Assembly: GCA_965197725.1 (NCBI GenBank)
Contig: CBDANQ010000013.1
Location: 1 to 15,995 of the forward strand
Reading direction: 5' to 3'
Origin: Longimicrobiales bacterium
Lineage (GTDB): Bacteria; Gemmatimonadota; Gemmatimonadetes; Longimicrobiales; Gaopeijiaceae
Length of the DNA: 15,995 nt
Under the pieces are notes generated by a model that made no database searches, was not told the origin of the DNA, and worked only from the letters and a program-made list of their open reading frames with translations. Position 1 is the stretch's first letter. The number at the start of each line of letters is the position of its first letter. Positions 15,664 to 15,995 of the stretch are shown here, piece after piece. The translations under genes were made by a program, and so were the position numbers.

Positions 15664-15995
15664 TCAGTCTTCCGAGGGGGGCTGCCGGCGTAGGTCCTTA
15701 ACCCGTGCCCGGCGCCTCTTTTCGTCCAAGCGCTTCTGCTTTTCACGGCCTGGTACCCGGGTCGATATGCGGGGCCTCCGCCTCGAGTTCCGCTTTTCGA
15801 GCTTCTTGCGGATCCGCTCCAGAGCGATGGCTTTGTTACGGTGCTGACTCCGCTCGCTGCGCGACGTGGCCCGAACGCCGGTCGGCTCGTGGACCAACCG
15901 GACACCGCTATCCGTGGTGTTCTGATGCTGTCCGCCCTTTCCGCCGGAGCGGAACGTAGCCACCCTGCACTGCTTCAGCAGATCTTCATCCGATG
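15664..15995 (-). CDS. Minimal GGQ peptidyl-tRNA hydrolase / release-factor-like ribosome rescue protein (ArfB/C12orf65-like), 5' partial
   Basis: Frame is open to the window edge: [40 protein letters not shown]...[15 protein letters not shown], followed by a basic tail [33 protein letters not shown]. Confidence 0.9.
   Translation of the reverse strand, partial: SDEDLLKQCRVATFRSGGKGGQHQNTTDSGVRLVHEPTGVRATSRSERSQHRNKAIALERIRKKLEKRNSRRRPRISTRVPGREKQKRLDEKRRRARVKDLRRQPPSED

Overview
GC-rich bacterial window with 14 coding loci in four blocks. (1) 1-2790: a possible accessory segment with a secreted alpha/beta hydrolase (runs off the left edge and is missing from the ORF track), a phage-type tyrosine recombinase with a non-canonical TxxR box, and a DUF2911-type exported protein, followed by a C/G-tract motif that may be an att remnant or a CsoR/CstR-like operator. 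(2) 3046-5918: a sulfur/persulfide operon with two short YeeE/YedE-type membrane proteins, a CstB-like persulfide dioxygenase-rhodanese fusion and a frameshifted VOC/glyoxalase gene. (3) 5926-14724: an MsbA-like ABC exporter divergent from a tightly coupled four-gene glycan operon: a clan GH-A-like glycoside hydrolase fused to a GT2 and membrane domain, a second ABC exporter, an atypical GT-B-fold protein and a GT4. This operon is the best candidate for an undescribed system, possibly a glycan or glycolipid synthesis, processing and export pathway. (4) 14798-15995: a REC-PAS protein without an output domain, possibly a truncated remnant, and a minimal GGQ peptidyl-tRNA hydrolase with an ArfB-like basic tail that runs off the right edge. 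No rRNA, intact tRNA or CRISPR array was seen. All family calls come from motif recognition by eye; no database searches were run.
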